A stretch of DNA of 64,000 nt. Source: Pirellulales bacterium (GTDB lineage: Bacteria; Planctomycetota; Planctomycetia; Pirellulales; PALSA-1355). Below, one piece after another: positions 44,406 to 54,804 of this stretch. A program made the position numbers and the translations under genes. Within the stretch, counting starts at the first letter, position 1, and each line of letters begins with the position of its first letter. The notes under the pieces were generated by a model. The model had not been told where the DNA came from. It saw only the letters and a program-made list of their open reading frames with translations, and searched no databases. Location of the stretch: assembly GCA_963733035.1 (NCBI GenBank), contig CAVTBU010000005.1, forward strand, positions 736,001 through 800,000, written 5' to 3'.

Positions 44406-46957
44406 GTGGCCAGCCCCTTTTCCATATTTCGTAAGTATCAAAAGATCATGCTGGCCGTCGTGGGTGTGTTGGCGATGATCGCATTTGTGTTTCTGACACC
44501 GCTCGCCCAGTACGCCGGCGGAGGCGGTCGTGGAAACAACACAAATCCGGTCGTCGTCGAGACCCGTTATGGCGACCTTCGGCGCAAGACCTGGAAACGC
44601 TCCGATTTCAACGACTGATCGTCGACAAGTTCCTGCAACTCATCGTCGAACAGACGATCTCCAAGCAGTTTGGGCAATCGAATGTCGATTCCCGCTGGTT
44701 GGGGGGCATGCTCCAACAGCAGTACCTGATGTGGCGCGGCCAGGTGATGGGCCGATCGGTTGAGGGACCGGAGGCGGAGGCCGTGGAAACGATGGTGCTC
44801 GCCGAACGTGCCAAGCAAATGGGTCTGGTCATCACCGACCAAATGATCAACGATCTGATCAAGCAGGTCTCGGGCGACAACCTCACGCCGGCGGAAGTGC
44901 AAGCCGTCGTCCAAAACCTGCAACCCCAGCGGCCCGTCAGCGTGCCTAAGCTGTTCGACGCCTTGCGTACCGAGCTGCTGGCGTCGAAATATCGCGATCT
45001 GTTCGCACAAAGCCTGGCAGAGATACCACCGGCGCAGCGGTTCGAGTATTACTCGCGACTCAATCGGCGTGCAAAGGCCGAGGTCATGCAGTTGGCCGTC
45101 GCTGATTTCGTCGGACAGGTCGCCGACCCAAGCGAGAGCGAGCTCAAGACGTTTTACGAGAAGTACAAGGATCAACTGCCGGATCCGACGTCCCCCGAGC
45201 CGGGTTTCAAGGAGCCGAGGCGAGCATCGTTTCAGTACTTCAAGGGGAACGTCGATCAACTGACCGAGAAGCTGAAGGATCAGGTCACGGAAGAAGAAAT
45301 CAAAAAGTACTACGAAGATAACAAACGCAACTTCATTGTCACCAACTTCGACGACGTACCGGCAGACATGGAGAATGCGAACGAAGAGCCCAACGCAGCG
45401 AAAGAAGGCGAGGCGCCGTCCGAAAAACCAGCCGACGAAAAACCTGTGGGCGAGACGAAGTCGGCCGCCGAACCGGAGCCGAAGGAGGAGTCCGCCAAGC
45501 CCCAGGAGGAAGAATCGCCTGAGCCAAAGGCCGAAGACACGCCCGAGCTGTCTTCGGAAGACAAGCCCGCTGAAGAGCCCCCGTCGGAACCCGATAGCTC
45601 TGGCGATCAGAACAAAGACGAGCCAGCCGAATCACCTCAGGCCGCTGTACGCCAACCAAATGGCGTGTTCCGCGGCGCTGGCCAAAAGTTTCGATTCGTG
45701 AAAGCGGTACTCCAGGGTGACGATGCGCAGGGTGAAGACGCATCTGAAACCAACGACGAAGCGCCCATCGAACCAGAGCCGGCCGACAGTAAGCCAGCCG
45801 AAACGCCATCGGCCGAGGAAAAACCGGCCGACGCGGCAGAGTCCAAGCCGGCTGCCAACGAGACTCCCGCGGACCAACCGGCCGAAGAGAAGCCGGTCGA
45901 GGAAAAGCCCGCCGCCGATCATGGCGACGAGATCGTTGCCGAGCCGCCAGTGCCAGAGGGCCCGCAGTACGAACCGCTCGAAAAGGTGCAGGATACGATC
46001 CGCGAAACCCTGGCCCGCGAAAGGGCAGCCGAACAATTGAGCGAGCAGTTCGATGCTTTGTCGGCGAAGATGCGACGCTTCACGGACGACCATGACATCT
46101 ATATCACCGATAAACCGTTAAACCCCGACGCCGTCGCTCCCACTCCGCTCGATTTCGCGCAACTTGCTTCCGGGAAGGACGTGGAGGCCTTGGAGCTGAA
46201 GTCGGTCACGCCGCTGCAAGCGGCCAAGGAGGATATCGGCAAGTCGTTCCGAGTTGTGCAGGACCCCAACGGTGGCGCTCGAACCGTGGCGTTTGTCGAC
46301 TTTGCATTTGCCGACAGGCTACCGACGTACAAGCCCGAAATCGATCGGGACAATGAGAACAACTATTATCTTTTCTGGAAGACGCAAGAAGAGCCGTCTT
46401 ACGTGCCTCCGCTGGACCAGATTCACGACGAAGTCGTGCGCACCTGGAAGATGGTCAAGGCACGCGACTTGGCCCGAAAGCGAGCCGAGGAGTACGTGCA
46501 GCAAGCCAAGTCACAGAATCAGACGCTCGAGGAATTGTTCGGCAAACAGCCCGATTTTAAAGTCACCCAGACCTCGCCTTTCAGCTGGCTGACGCTCGGC
46601 AACGTGCCCGCGCAGCCGGGAAGTATTCCGCGGCTGAGCGAGGTAGAGGGCGTCGACCAGGCCGGTCCCGACTTTATGAAAACGGTCTTTGGCTTGCAGC
46701 CTGGCGGATTGGGTGTCGCGACGAACGTGCCACAAGACCTGGTCTACGTCGTGCGAGTTATCGACTACGAGCCGTCGGGCGAGCAACTGCGCGACGATTT
46801 TGCTCGCGAGAATCCCTCGCGCTACATGGCTGCCGCGCGCGAAGATCAGTTCCAGATCTACGAAAACTGGATCGCGGATCTCAACAAAGAGGCCGACGTG
46901 AAGTGGCTGCGTCAGGCGGATGCCCGCCGCCAGAGTGCCCAGGAAAGTGAGTTCTAA
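44406..46957 (+). CDS. SurA/PpiD-like membrane-anchored periplasmic chaperone-type protein with long acidic insert; frameshift near 44582
   Basis: FRKYQK plus TM anchor; AKQMGLVITDQMI; PSESELKTFYEKYK; VTEEEIKKYYEDNK; E/P/A/K-rich region about 45350-45960. Confidence 0.6.
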
Positions 46958-47029
46958 CGCGTGCCAATGGCGCGACCGAATCGGCTCGATCGCGCCATGG
47001 AGCGTGGCTATTTTGGCGGCCGACTGCGA

Positions 47030-49246
47030 CTACCGCCGCGGCTTCAACATCACCGCTGCCAAGGGCGGCAGAATCACGGGCACGGAATATGGCCGACCGT
47101 CCCAGGGCAATTCCTCGGCCATCATGCCGGGGCCGTTGCCCAAATTGCTGCCGCCGTAGTAGGTCGAGTCACTGTTGAGGACTTCTTCGTACCAGCACAA
47201 TTCCGGCACTCCGATGCGGTGCATCGTTCGCGGCACGGGCGTGAAGTTGCAGGCCGTGACCAGGAAATTCTGCGGATCTTTCGCCCGCCGCAAATAAACC
47301 AGCGTGCTTTGTTCCCAGTTATGGCATTCGATCCACTCGAAGCCTTGGTTCTCGAAGTCGACTTCGTGCAGCGCGGGCTCGCGAACGTAAAGGTGGTTCA
47401 GGTCGGCGACAAACCGCTGTAGCCCCTGATGCGACTCCCATTGCAAGAGGTCCCACTGCAAGCTGGTATCGTAGTTCCACTCGTTCCACTGGCCGAACTC
47501 ACATCCCATGAAGAGGAGTTTCTTGCCCGGATGCGAGAACATGTAGCTGTAGAGGAGCCGCAGATTGGCAAACTTCTGCCACAGGTCGCCAGGCATTTGA
47601 TCGAGAAGCGAGCCCTTGCCGTGTACGACTTCGTCGTGCGAGAAGGGTAGCGCGAAGTTCTCGGTAAATGCGTAGATCAGGCTGAAGGTCAGTTCATCGT
47701 GGTGATACTTGCGGTGAATCGGCTCGTGCCGCATGTAGCGGAGCGTGTCGTTCATCCAGCCCATGTTCCACTTCAGGCTGAAGCCGAGTCCTCCCAGGTA
47801 GGTTGGCCGGGAAACGCCCGTCCAGGCGGTCGATTCTTCGGCAATCGTCAGCACGCCAGGATATTGCAAATGGGTCTGTTCGTTGAATTCCTTGAGAAGA
47901 CTGATTGCCTTGAGGTTTTCACGGCCGCCGTATTCGTTGGGAATCCATTGTCCGGGTCCGCGGCTATAGTCCAAATAGATCATCGAGGCGACGGCGTCGA
48001 CTCTTAATCCGTCGATGTGGTAGCGATCAAGCCAGAACAGGGCGTTTGATATGAGGAAGTTGCGCACCTCGTTGCGGCCGTAGTTGAAGATCAGCGTGCC
48101 CCAATCGGGATGCTCTCCCTGTCGCGGGTCGGCATGCTCGTACAAGTGCGAGCCATCGAACATCCGCAAGCCGTGTGCGTCGCGTGGGAAGTGGGCGGGC
48201 ACCCAGTCGATGATGACACCGATGCCATTCTGGTGGCAGTGGTCGACGAAGTACATGAAGTCTTCGGGACTGCCATAGCGGCTAGTTGCCGCGTAATAGC
48301 CGACGGTCTGGTAGCCCCAGCTCCCGGAGAAGGGGTGCTCGCTGACGGGCATCAATTCCAGATGCGTAAAGCCCATCTCTTTGCAGTAATTGACGAGCTG
48401 GTGCGCTAGTTCGCGATAGCCAAGCCAGCGGTTCGGATCGTCACCCGGCCGCTTCCAACTACCCAAATGCACCTCATAGACCGACATGGGTGCATCCAGG
48501 GCGTTGACGTGATGGCGATTGGCCAACCACTCGGTATCGGCCCACTGGTAGCTTTCCAGATCAGCCACCTTCGAGGCGGTGCGCGGAGGAACTTCAGCGG
48601 CAAAACCGTAGGGGTCGGCCTTTTCCAACACCTGATCGCGTTGTCGGATGTGGTACTTGTAAATGGTCCCGGCTTCCAGCCCCGGCAGGAAAAGCTCCCA
48701 GATGCCGCTAGGAATGTGCTTCCGCATCGGGTGGCGGCGGGGATCCCAATCGTTGAAGTCGCCAACCACACTGATGCCCGTGGCGTTGGGCGCCCAGACG
48801 GCGAAGTTTACGCCGCGGATCGAATCGATCGAGCGCAACTGCGCACCCAACTTCCGATAGCTCGTCCAATGTTTGCCCTCACCCAACAGGTGTAAGTCGA
48901 ATTCCGACAAGAGAGGTGGAAAGGCGTACGGATCGTGCATGGTTCGTTCGGTTCCCCGCTGATCGGCGACTCGTAGCTGATAACGATGATGCGTGTCAGG
49001 CTTGTGGAGCGGACAGATGGCCTCGTAGACGCCAGCCGGATGGATCCGGCGCATCGGCTGGTTCTGCCGATGGTCTGGATCAACCACCCAGGCCTGCGTC
49101 GATCCGGGCAAATAGGCTCGGACGGCCAGCGCCCGTCGCCCTGCCGCAACCACCTCGTGCGGGCCAAGCAACTCGAAGGGGTTCTCGTAGTGCCCGTCTA
49201 GCAGCGGGCCCAACTTGTCCAACTCCACCGTGGTGCGGGTCGTCAT
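47030..49246 (-). CDS. glgB: 1,4-alpha-glucan branching enzyme
   Basis: [47 protein letters not shown]. Confidence 0.97.
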   Translation of the reverse strand: MTTRTTVELDKLGPLLDGHYENPFELLGPHEVVAAGRRALAVRAYLPGSTQAWVVDPDHRQNQPMRRIHPAGVYEAICPLHKPDTHHRYQLRVADQRGTERTMHDPYAFPPLLSEFDLHLLGEGKHWTSYRKLGAQLRSIDSIRGVNFAVWAPNATGISVVGDFNDWDPRRHPMRKHIPSGIWELFLPGLEAGTIYKYHIRQRDQVLEKADPYGFAAEVPPRTASKVADLESYQWADTEWLANRHHVNALDAPMSVYEVHLGSWKRPGDDPNRWLGYRELAHQLVNYCKEMGFTHLELMPVSEHPFSGSWGYQTVGYYAATSRYGSPEDFMYFVDHCHQNGIGVIIDWVPAHFPRDAHGLRMFDGSHLYEHADPRQGEHPDWGTLIFNYGRNEVRNFLISNALFWLDRYHIDGLRVDAVASMIYLDYSRGPGQWIPNEYGGRENLKAISLLKEFNEQTHLQYPGVLTIAEESTAWTGVSRPTYLGGLGFSLKWNMGWMNDTLRYMRHEPIHRKYHHDELTFSLIYAFTENFALPFSHDEVVHGKGSLLDQMPGDLWQKFANLRLLYSYMFSHPGKKLLFMGCEFGQWNEWNYDTSLQWDLLQWESHQGLQRFVADLNHLYVREPALHEVDFENQGFEWIECHNWEQSTLVYLRRAKDPQNFLVTACNFTPVPRTMHRIGVPELCWYEEVLNSDSTYYGGSNLGNGPGMMAEELPWDGRPYSVPVILPPLAAVMLKPRR

Positions 49247-49351
49247 CTGTCTCTCGTTCCTACTGATTCTTGAGCACATGGAAGGGCAAGTCCAGCCGCA
49301 AAATCCGCCGGAATCTCCTACCCTACGCGAAACCCCTAAAGATGGCCGGAC

Positions 49352-49942
49352 TTATTGGAACCAGGCTAGGGGCAGACACCTGGCATTTCGCAGCGCGGGC
49401 CAAAACCCGCTCGCGCCGCGCTGCGTGTTCCACCAACTTCGCAGCGCCGCCAGCAGGCGCTCTGCAAAACCGCCCGAACGGCGGTCGCGACGGGACTTTG
49501 ATCGGACGCGGGCCACCTGTCCACGGGAATCCTCCTGCGGCGAGTGCGGCAAGTCGAATCGCCAAGTGCGGCATTCCAACTGGTGGAACCGAAGTGCTCG
49601 GTCCACGCGTTGCCAAAGATCTCGATTCTTGACCGGCACCATTTCGCCGTAATGTTCCCACTCCCAGTCGTTGGCCCGCCACTCTTGAAGCCCGAACGTC
49701 AAGCCCCGATTGACGTACTTGCTTGGCGTGACGAGCGTCACTCTCGACGGTTGCTCGAGCGCTTCGAGCCCGCGTACAACTGCCAACAGTTCGAGTCGGT
49801 CGCCCTGGACGTCTGGCTCGTCGTCCGCCGCTTCGAACTGCTCGGCACCGTCAACGGATTGCAAGACGAAGCGCCATTGTGCTTGCTCGTTCTTCCGGGA
49901 GGATTCGGAGAAGAGAAGATAGTGTGGCGTGGCAACTTTCAT
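49352..49942 (-). CDS. RNase HI-like protein with degenerate active site (start 49942 or 49954)
   Basis: RLELLAVVRGLEAL, SKYV..G, W..N.W, VKNRDLWQ; catalytic Asp positions altered. Confidence 0.8.
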   Translation of the reverse strand: MKVATPHYLLFSESSRKNEQAQWRFVLQSVDGAEQFEAADDEPDVQGDRLELLAVVRGLEALEQPSRVTLVTPSKYVNRGLTFGLQEWRANDWEWEHYGEMVPVKNRDLWQRVDRALRFHQLECRTWRFDLPHSPQEDSRGQVARVRSKSRRDRRSGGFAERLLAALRSWWNTQRGASGFWPALRNARCLPLAWFQ

Positions 49943-50233
49943 CGGGGAGGTCATCAGGATGGACGATTCGAGTGCCAATCGCTGCAATCGCGATCTCGAC
50001 CGCCGGGAAACAAGCCGCCGCTGCGGTCTGCCCCGTCCGGGTAGTTTCAGATATCGGCAGCCCCCGCGCACCCTCCGCAGTTTCCCTAATGCGTAGTCTC
50101 AAAAAACTCTGGTCCGCGGCGCTCTTGTAGCGGAAGTACCGATTCCGACTGCACACCGAGAAGCCGGGCCAGCCGGGAACACTTTCGCGACCGATTTGAA
50201 CCCCTCTGCTTCCCATCTAGGAGCGCATTGAGA

Positions 50234-50284
50234 AACGGCGGCGGCGGCGTGCATCTTGCTCACGATGCACGCGCCGTCGCCGTT
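50234..50284. terminator. Long GC-rich hairpin after the PuuD-like gene
   Basis: AACGGCGGCGGCGGCGTGCATC / GATGCACGCGCCGTCGCCGTT; followed by TCTC on the minus strand. Confidence 0.5.
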
Positions 50285-50313
50285 AAGAGCACATCGACTT
50301 TGGTCGTTGGTCG

Positions 50314-51057
50314 CTAGGCGACCAGTTTCATGGTGGGCACTTCGCCCGTAATGCCGACTAAGAACTCCTCAAAGATCCGCAGATCCAGAGCCGAGGCCGA
50401 ATTGCTCTCCGGATGGAACTGCGTGCCAAAGGCCACCCAATCAGTGGTGCTTTCGATTGCTTCGATGACGCCATCTGGGCAGCGAGCTGACACCATGAAA
50501 CCAGGGGCTACGTCGTCAACAGCCATATGGTGCAGGCTGTTAACGCGAATCTCGCCGTCGCCATAGACCCGCTCCATGAGCGTTCCAGGCACGACTTCGA
50601 GTCCGTGGCGGTGAGCCGGGTCGATCAGGTCCTTGTGAGGCAGAGCCTTGGGCAGGTCTTCGGGAATGTGCAGGAACAGCGTACCGCCCTGCGCAACGTT
50701 GATCAGTTGCATGCCGGTGCCGATGCCGAATACCGGCATCCGCCGCTCGGCCACCGCCTTCATCAAGCGGCGATCGAACTCTTCGCGACGGGCATCGAGC
50801 GGGCGAACGGCCGGATGCAGCATATAACCATCGCGGCGCGGATCAAGGTCGGCGCCGCCGACCAAGACGACACCGTCGAGCATGTCGAGCAACCGGCTGA
50901 GGTCGGTGTCGTCCTTAGCGGGGGGCAAGATGATGGGCAAACCGCCGGCTTCGACGACGGCATCGTAGTAGCCGGCACAAACGTACGTGAATGCCGGTGC
51001 GTCCTTCTTGGCGGCTCGGTAGTCGGCATTCAATCCAATTAGTGGCTTCGATCGCAT
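50314..51057 (-). CDS. Peptidase C26 / PuuD-like class I amidotransferase lacking the catalytic Cys
   Basis: AGGAG RBS; KPLIG, GGADLDP, VNSLHHMAV, QFHPE; nucleophile elbow reads GIGTG. Confidence 0.85.
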   Translation of the reverse strand: MRSKPLIGLNADYRAAKKDAPAFTYVCAGYYDAVVEAGGLPIILPPAKDDTDLSRLLDMLDGVVLVGGADLDPRRDGYMLHPAVRPLDARREEFDRRLMKAVAERRMPVFGIGTGMQLINVAQGGTLFLHIPEDLPKALPHKDLIDPAHRHGLEVVPGTLMERVYGDGEIRVNSLHHMAVDDVAPGFMVSARCPDGVIEAIESTTDWVAFGTQFHPESNSASALDLRIFEEFLVGITGEVPTMKLVA

Positions 51058-51670
51058 ACTTGCACTCCTAGCGACATTTCCTTTGTCGCGTTTGCGAAAA
51101 CAGGGCAAAAAAGACGCTACGAGGCCGCTCCAGCACCTGATCGCCAGAAGCACGAAAGAAGTGGCAGCCCCGGGGACGTGCCGACGCGGAAAAAACGCGC
51201 GCCGTGCAAACCCTTTCAGCCCGTGAGCGCACTGGGACAGACAGCGCATCGTCCCTGATGCGATCGATTGGCCGTTGAAAACTGCCGACTGCCGTGCCCC
51301 TCTTTGACCAGGCGTCGGAGCATTTTCCGTAATGGTATTTTTCGGCCTCGAATACTCCTCTACGGCTTTGCCGTGTCTTTTTCCCGCTTGGGGAATGCAA
51401 GTCGAGAGGAATTTAAGCCCTGCAAGTTCAATTACAAGGGGATCGCACTATTTTGACCACGATGTATTTTGCTAGCACAAGATCCTGATTTGTGTGCCCG
51501 CAAATCCAGGGAAAAGCCAACAAGGCGGGATCAATTTCCAGAAAGCTCGATTGGTCGCCCTGCGATCCCTAACCCCTCGCTCTCGGTCGGTTACCGCGTC
51601 AGAAAAGCAAGTCCAATCCCATTTTACAACCGGTTGGCCTATTCCTACGACTGCGTTAATCTGGCGGGAT

Positions 51671-52771
51671 ATGAAATACTCCAATGTTTGCCTTGCCGGG
51701 CTCGCGTACTCGTTGCCGGAGGAAATAGTCACCTCATCGCAGCTGGAAGCCCAGCTAGAGCCCCTATATCGCCGCCTGCGGCTCCCGGAAGGGAGGCTCG
51801 AGCTGATGACCGGGATTCGCGAGCGGCGATTCTGGCCCCCCGGAATGCGGCCCAGCGAGCAAAGTATCGAGACGGCCAATCGCCTGTTGGACCAGACGGG
51901 CATCGACCGGAGCCAGGTCGGCGCGCTCATCCATGGCTCGGTTTGTCGAGATTTTCTCGAACCGGCCACCGCCTGCGGAGTTCATCATGCGACTGGATTG
52001 CCGGACGACTGCCTGGTTTACGATGTGTCGAACGCCTGCCTTGGAATCCTTAACGGGATCGTGCAACTGGCCAATCTCATCGAACTCGGACAAATTCGAG
52101 CCGGCCTCGTCGTTGGAACCGAGAATGCCCGCCCGTTGGTCGAAAATACCATTCGCACGCTCAATGCCGAGTCGACCCTCACGCGGGATCAAATGAAGCT
52201 CGCCGTGGCGTCGCTCACGATCGGCTCAGGCAGTGCCGCCGTGCTCCTCGTCCACAAGGACTTCCACCCCAAAGGCAATCGCCTAGTCGTTTCCACCGCT
52301 CGGGCGCATTCGGTCGGTCATGAACTGTGTCGCGGGCAAGAGCAGGCCACCAGCGCGTCTATCGGGGGCATGGTGGCACCGCTGATGCAGACCGACAGCG
52401 AGAAGCTGTTGGAACAGGGAGTCACGGCAGCGCGAGCGGCCTTTGCGGGCTTCCTGGCCGAAACCGGGTGGACGCGACAGACGATTTCCAAAACAATCTG
52501 CCACCAGGTTGGCAGCGCACACCGCAAGCTACTACTTCAAACGTTGGAGTTGGATCCGGCCGGCGACTTCACGACCTACGAAACGCTGGGCAACACGGGG
52601 TCGGTGGCCCTCCCGATTACGCTGGCCAAGGCCGCGGAAAGCGGCAACCTGCAAACCGGCGATCGCGTGGCACTGCTAGGCATCGGCTCGGGCATCAACG
52701 TGCTGATGCTCGCCGTCGATTGGCAAACGGATGTATTTGCCGCACCGCGCACCGAGAGCGTCGTGAGTTGA
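51671..52771 (+). CDS. oleA: OleA, head-to-head acyl-condensing thiolase-superfamily enzyme
   Basis: OleA-type N-terminus (LEPLYRRLRLPEGRLELMTGIRERRFW), RDFLEPATA (Glu), NACLG (Cys), HQVG (His), GNTG, GIGSGIN. Confidence 0.85.
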   Translation: MKYSNVCLAGLAYSLPEEIVTSSQLEAQLEPLYRRLRLPEGRLELMTGIRERRFWPPGMRPSEQSIETANRLLDQTGIDRSQVGALIHGSVCRDFLEPATACGVHHATGLPDDCLVYDVSNACLGILNGIVQLANLIELGQIRAGLVVGTENARPLVENTIRTLNAESTLTRDQMKLAVASLTIGSGSAAVLLVHKDFHPKGNRLVVSTARAHSVGHELCRGQEQATSASIGGMVAPLMQTDSEKLLEQGVTAARAAFAGFLAETGWTRQTISKTICHQVGSAHRKLLLQTLELDPAGDFTTYETLGNTGSVALPITLAKAAESGNLQTGDRVALLGIGSGINVLMLAVDWQTDVFAAPRTESVVS

Positions 52772-52848
52772 TGCTCATGCAAGTCAGTGGCAGTCCATGA
52801 ACTCGCCACGTCACTTCGCAGGCTGAAGAAGACGTCGCTGTGCGGCGA

Positions 52849-54801
52849 CTATTTCTCGGCGACGAGTCCGGGCACCGTCGCGGTGGTCACGTCGCGGAGC
52901 AGGTTGTCGTGCACCAGGATTTGCTCGTTTCCGACGAAATAGCTGTGGTCGTCGGCCACCACGAGGTTGTAGCAGGGGGCCTCGCCGCGGTGTTCGACCT
53001 GGTCAATCAACTTACCGCCGCTGGTGGTGTGGAGCCACTGCCCGGCCTTCAACTCCTTGGCCATCTGCCAACCGACACCGGAAACCCAGAAGGGATGCCC
53101 CCGAGTCGCGCGAATGATTTCACTGCCCACGTGGATTTCGACCAACGGACTGGGTGGGCGAACCGTAGTGGCAAGGACCGGCTTGAAGCTGAGTTCTCCC
53201 GTATCCGTGTGCTGGGACAGCACGCAGTCGCCAGGGCGAATCTCTTGAATGGGCATCTGCCCGGTTGAAGTCCAGACCGGGGTACCGGCGACAAAACAGG
53301 AACAGAAGGACCGCCGGTATATGAGGGGTCCATAGGGATGTGTCTCACGCTGTCGAGTTGCAACCGACTTGATCGGCGGTCGATAGATCTCGTTGTAATC
53401 CAACCACCAGTTCCACCAATTCTCGACAGAGGTTCCCAGATCTTGTCCGGTCGCGACACTCAATGCCTCAAGTGTACGCTGGTTTAATTTTGCGGAAGCT
53501 TCGTTATGATTCTGCACCTGCCAAACGGTCTGTTGATCCTGAAATGCCGTGGTGTCGGGAAGGGCAGTATTTGTTACCGTTCTCGACCAATGCTCCACGG
53601 AAATAGACTCGCCGATAGACCGCGTGGGAATGGTACTCGAAATGAACGCGGTATCACTTAGCGGTCCAGGTTGATAGAGCATCAGACGGTGACCGTAAGC
53701 GCCATTGTAGTACATCGATCGATAATCGAACTTAATCGGCGCTTCCAAGGCGGCGATCATCGTCGGTACGTAGCTAAACAGGGATCTCGATTGCAACGCT
53801 GTAGCCGCTTCACGCCGTATAAACGGGAGACGCGCATACACTGCCACGCGGACCAGCTGGTCCGCGGCGGATTGTTGCGGCATTGCCTCCAGAGCAGCAA
53901 TTGCAGCCCTGACTGCTTCGACGTCACCGTGGGCAAGCACGTTTTCCAGTTCAGCCAGGGCGGTGGGGTCACGAATCTCTCGCAATCGCTTCAGTGCGTC
54001 CGTGCGACGAAAGGGCTTATCGCTTCGAAGTTCGGCGTAGATCCGCGCGAACGTAGCTCTTGATTTGGCAATGTCGCTCGCGGAGTTCCGCGCGTGCTCT
54101 TTGAGCAGCTGGACCTGCTCGCGCGACATGATGTGACCCTGATAACGAGTTACTCCTAGTCTGCGGTACAAACCGGGCTGCTTGGGGTTGATCTCCAACA
54201 CGCGAAATAGTTGTTGCCGCTCTTGTTGGCCGAGCCCCTTCCCGGCACACCAGTCCGCCAGCTTCAAGTGATCCGCGAATGTATCACGACAGCGCTCGCG
54301 ACGCTCGCGGTATTCCGCCACCGCGCCCTCGCGCGCGGCCTGATCGGCGGCCGCTTGGACCGGAAGCCAGCGCTCCTTGGCGCGCACTTCGCCCAGTTGC
54401 CAATGTGCCGGTGCAAAGTCGGGCGACGCGCTCAGGGCTTGCTTGAGCAACGAAGTACGTTTGTCCGGCTGCCCAGCGGCTTCGGCGGCCAGCGCCTGAC
54501 GAACCAGTTCACCCGCCGCAATTGTGCCGGTGCTCGAAGTCGGAACAGCTGATTCAGGCGCGGCTCGGCGGGTATGAGGCGGTACAGCAGCGAGAACTGC
54601 CGAGCTGGCCCAAATCGACGAACCGACGGTTACAGAGTAAACAATACCAATCCACAGGCCAAACAATGCGGTACACGTCTTAGACCAAGCTTGGCCGGCT
54701 GCACCAATCGGTCCACGCAGTCGGCACGGACCCGTCGTGAAAGATACTTCTCCAGCAGGCAGAGTGTTCATCGAACCTACCTCTTCGGCGAGCACTAACA
54801 T
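52849..54801 (-). CDS. Exported TPR/HEAT-like protein with C-terminal Hint (BIL) domain, paralog 1 (start may be 54771)
   Basis: Hydrophobic signal region; CFVAGTPVWT, ATRGHPFW, YNLVVADDHSYFVG, ILVHD|NLLRDVTTATVPGLVAEK. Confidence 0.85.
   Translation of the reverse strand: MLVLAEEVGSMNTLPAGEVSFTTGPCRLRGPIGAAGQAWSKTCTALFGLWIGIVYSVTVGSSIWASSAVLAAVPPHTRRAAPESAVPTSSTGTIAAGELVRQALAAEAAGQPDKRTSLLKQALSASPDFAPAHWQLGEVRAKERWLPVQAAADQAAREGAVAEYRERRERCRDTFADHLKLADWCAGKGLGQQERQQLFRVLEINPKQPGLYRRLGVTRYQGHIMSREQVQLLKEHARNSASDIAKSRATFARIYAELRSDKPFRRTDALKRLREIRDPTALAELENVLAHGDVEAVRAAIAALEAMPQQSAADQLVRVAVYARLPFIRREAATALQSRSLFSYVPTMIAALEAPIKFDYRSMYYNGAYGHRLMLYQPGPLSDTAFISSTIPTRSIGESISVEHWSRTVTNTALPDTTAFQDQQTVWQVQNHNEASAKLNQRTLEALSVATGQDLGTSVENWWNWWLDYNEIYRPPIKSVATRQRETHPYGPLIYRRSFCSCFVAGTPVWTSTGQMPIQEIRPGDCVLSQHTDTGELSFKPVLATTVRPPSPLVEIHVGSEIIRATRGHPFWVSGVGWQMAKELKAGQWLHTTSGGKLIDQVEHRGEAPCYNLVVADDHSYFVGNEQILVHDNLLRDVTTATVPGLVAEK
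52880..52947. repeat. 68-bp direct repeat, copy 1 (67/68 identical to 54836-54903)
   Basis: GCGGTGGTCACGTCGCGGAGCAG[G/A]TTGTCGTGCACCAGGATTTGCTCGTTTCCGACGAAATAGCTGTG; encodes the Hint end and tail. Confidence 0.9.
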
Positions 54802-54804
54802 GCG

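Noticed and set aside
51671..52771. Housekeeping FabH
   Set aside because: OleA-specific N-terminus and EPATA Glu motif, with oleC and oleD nearby.
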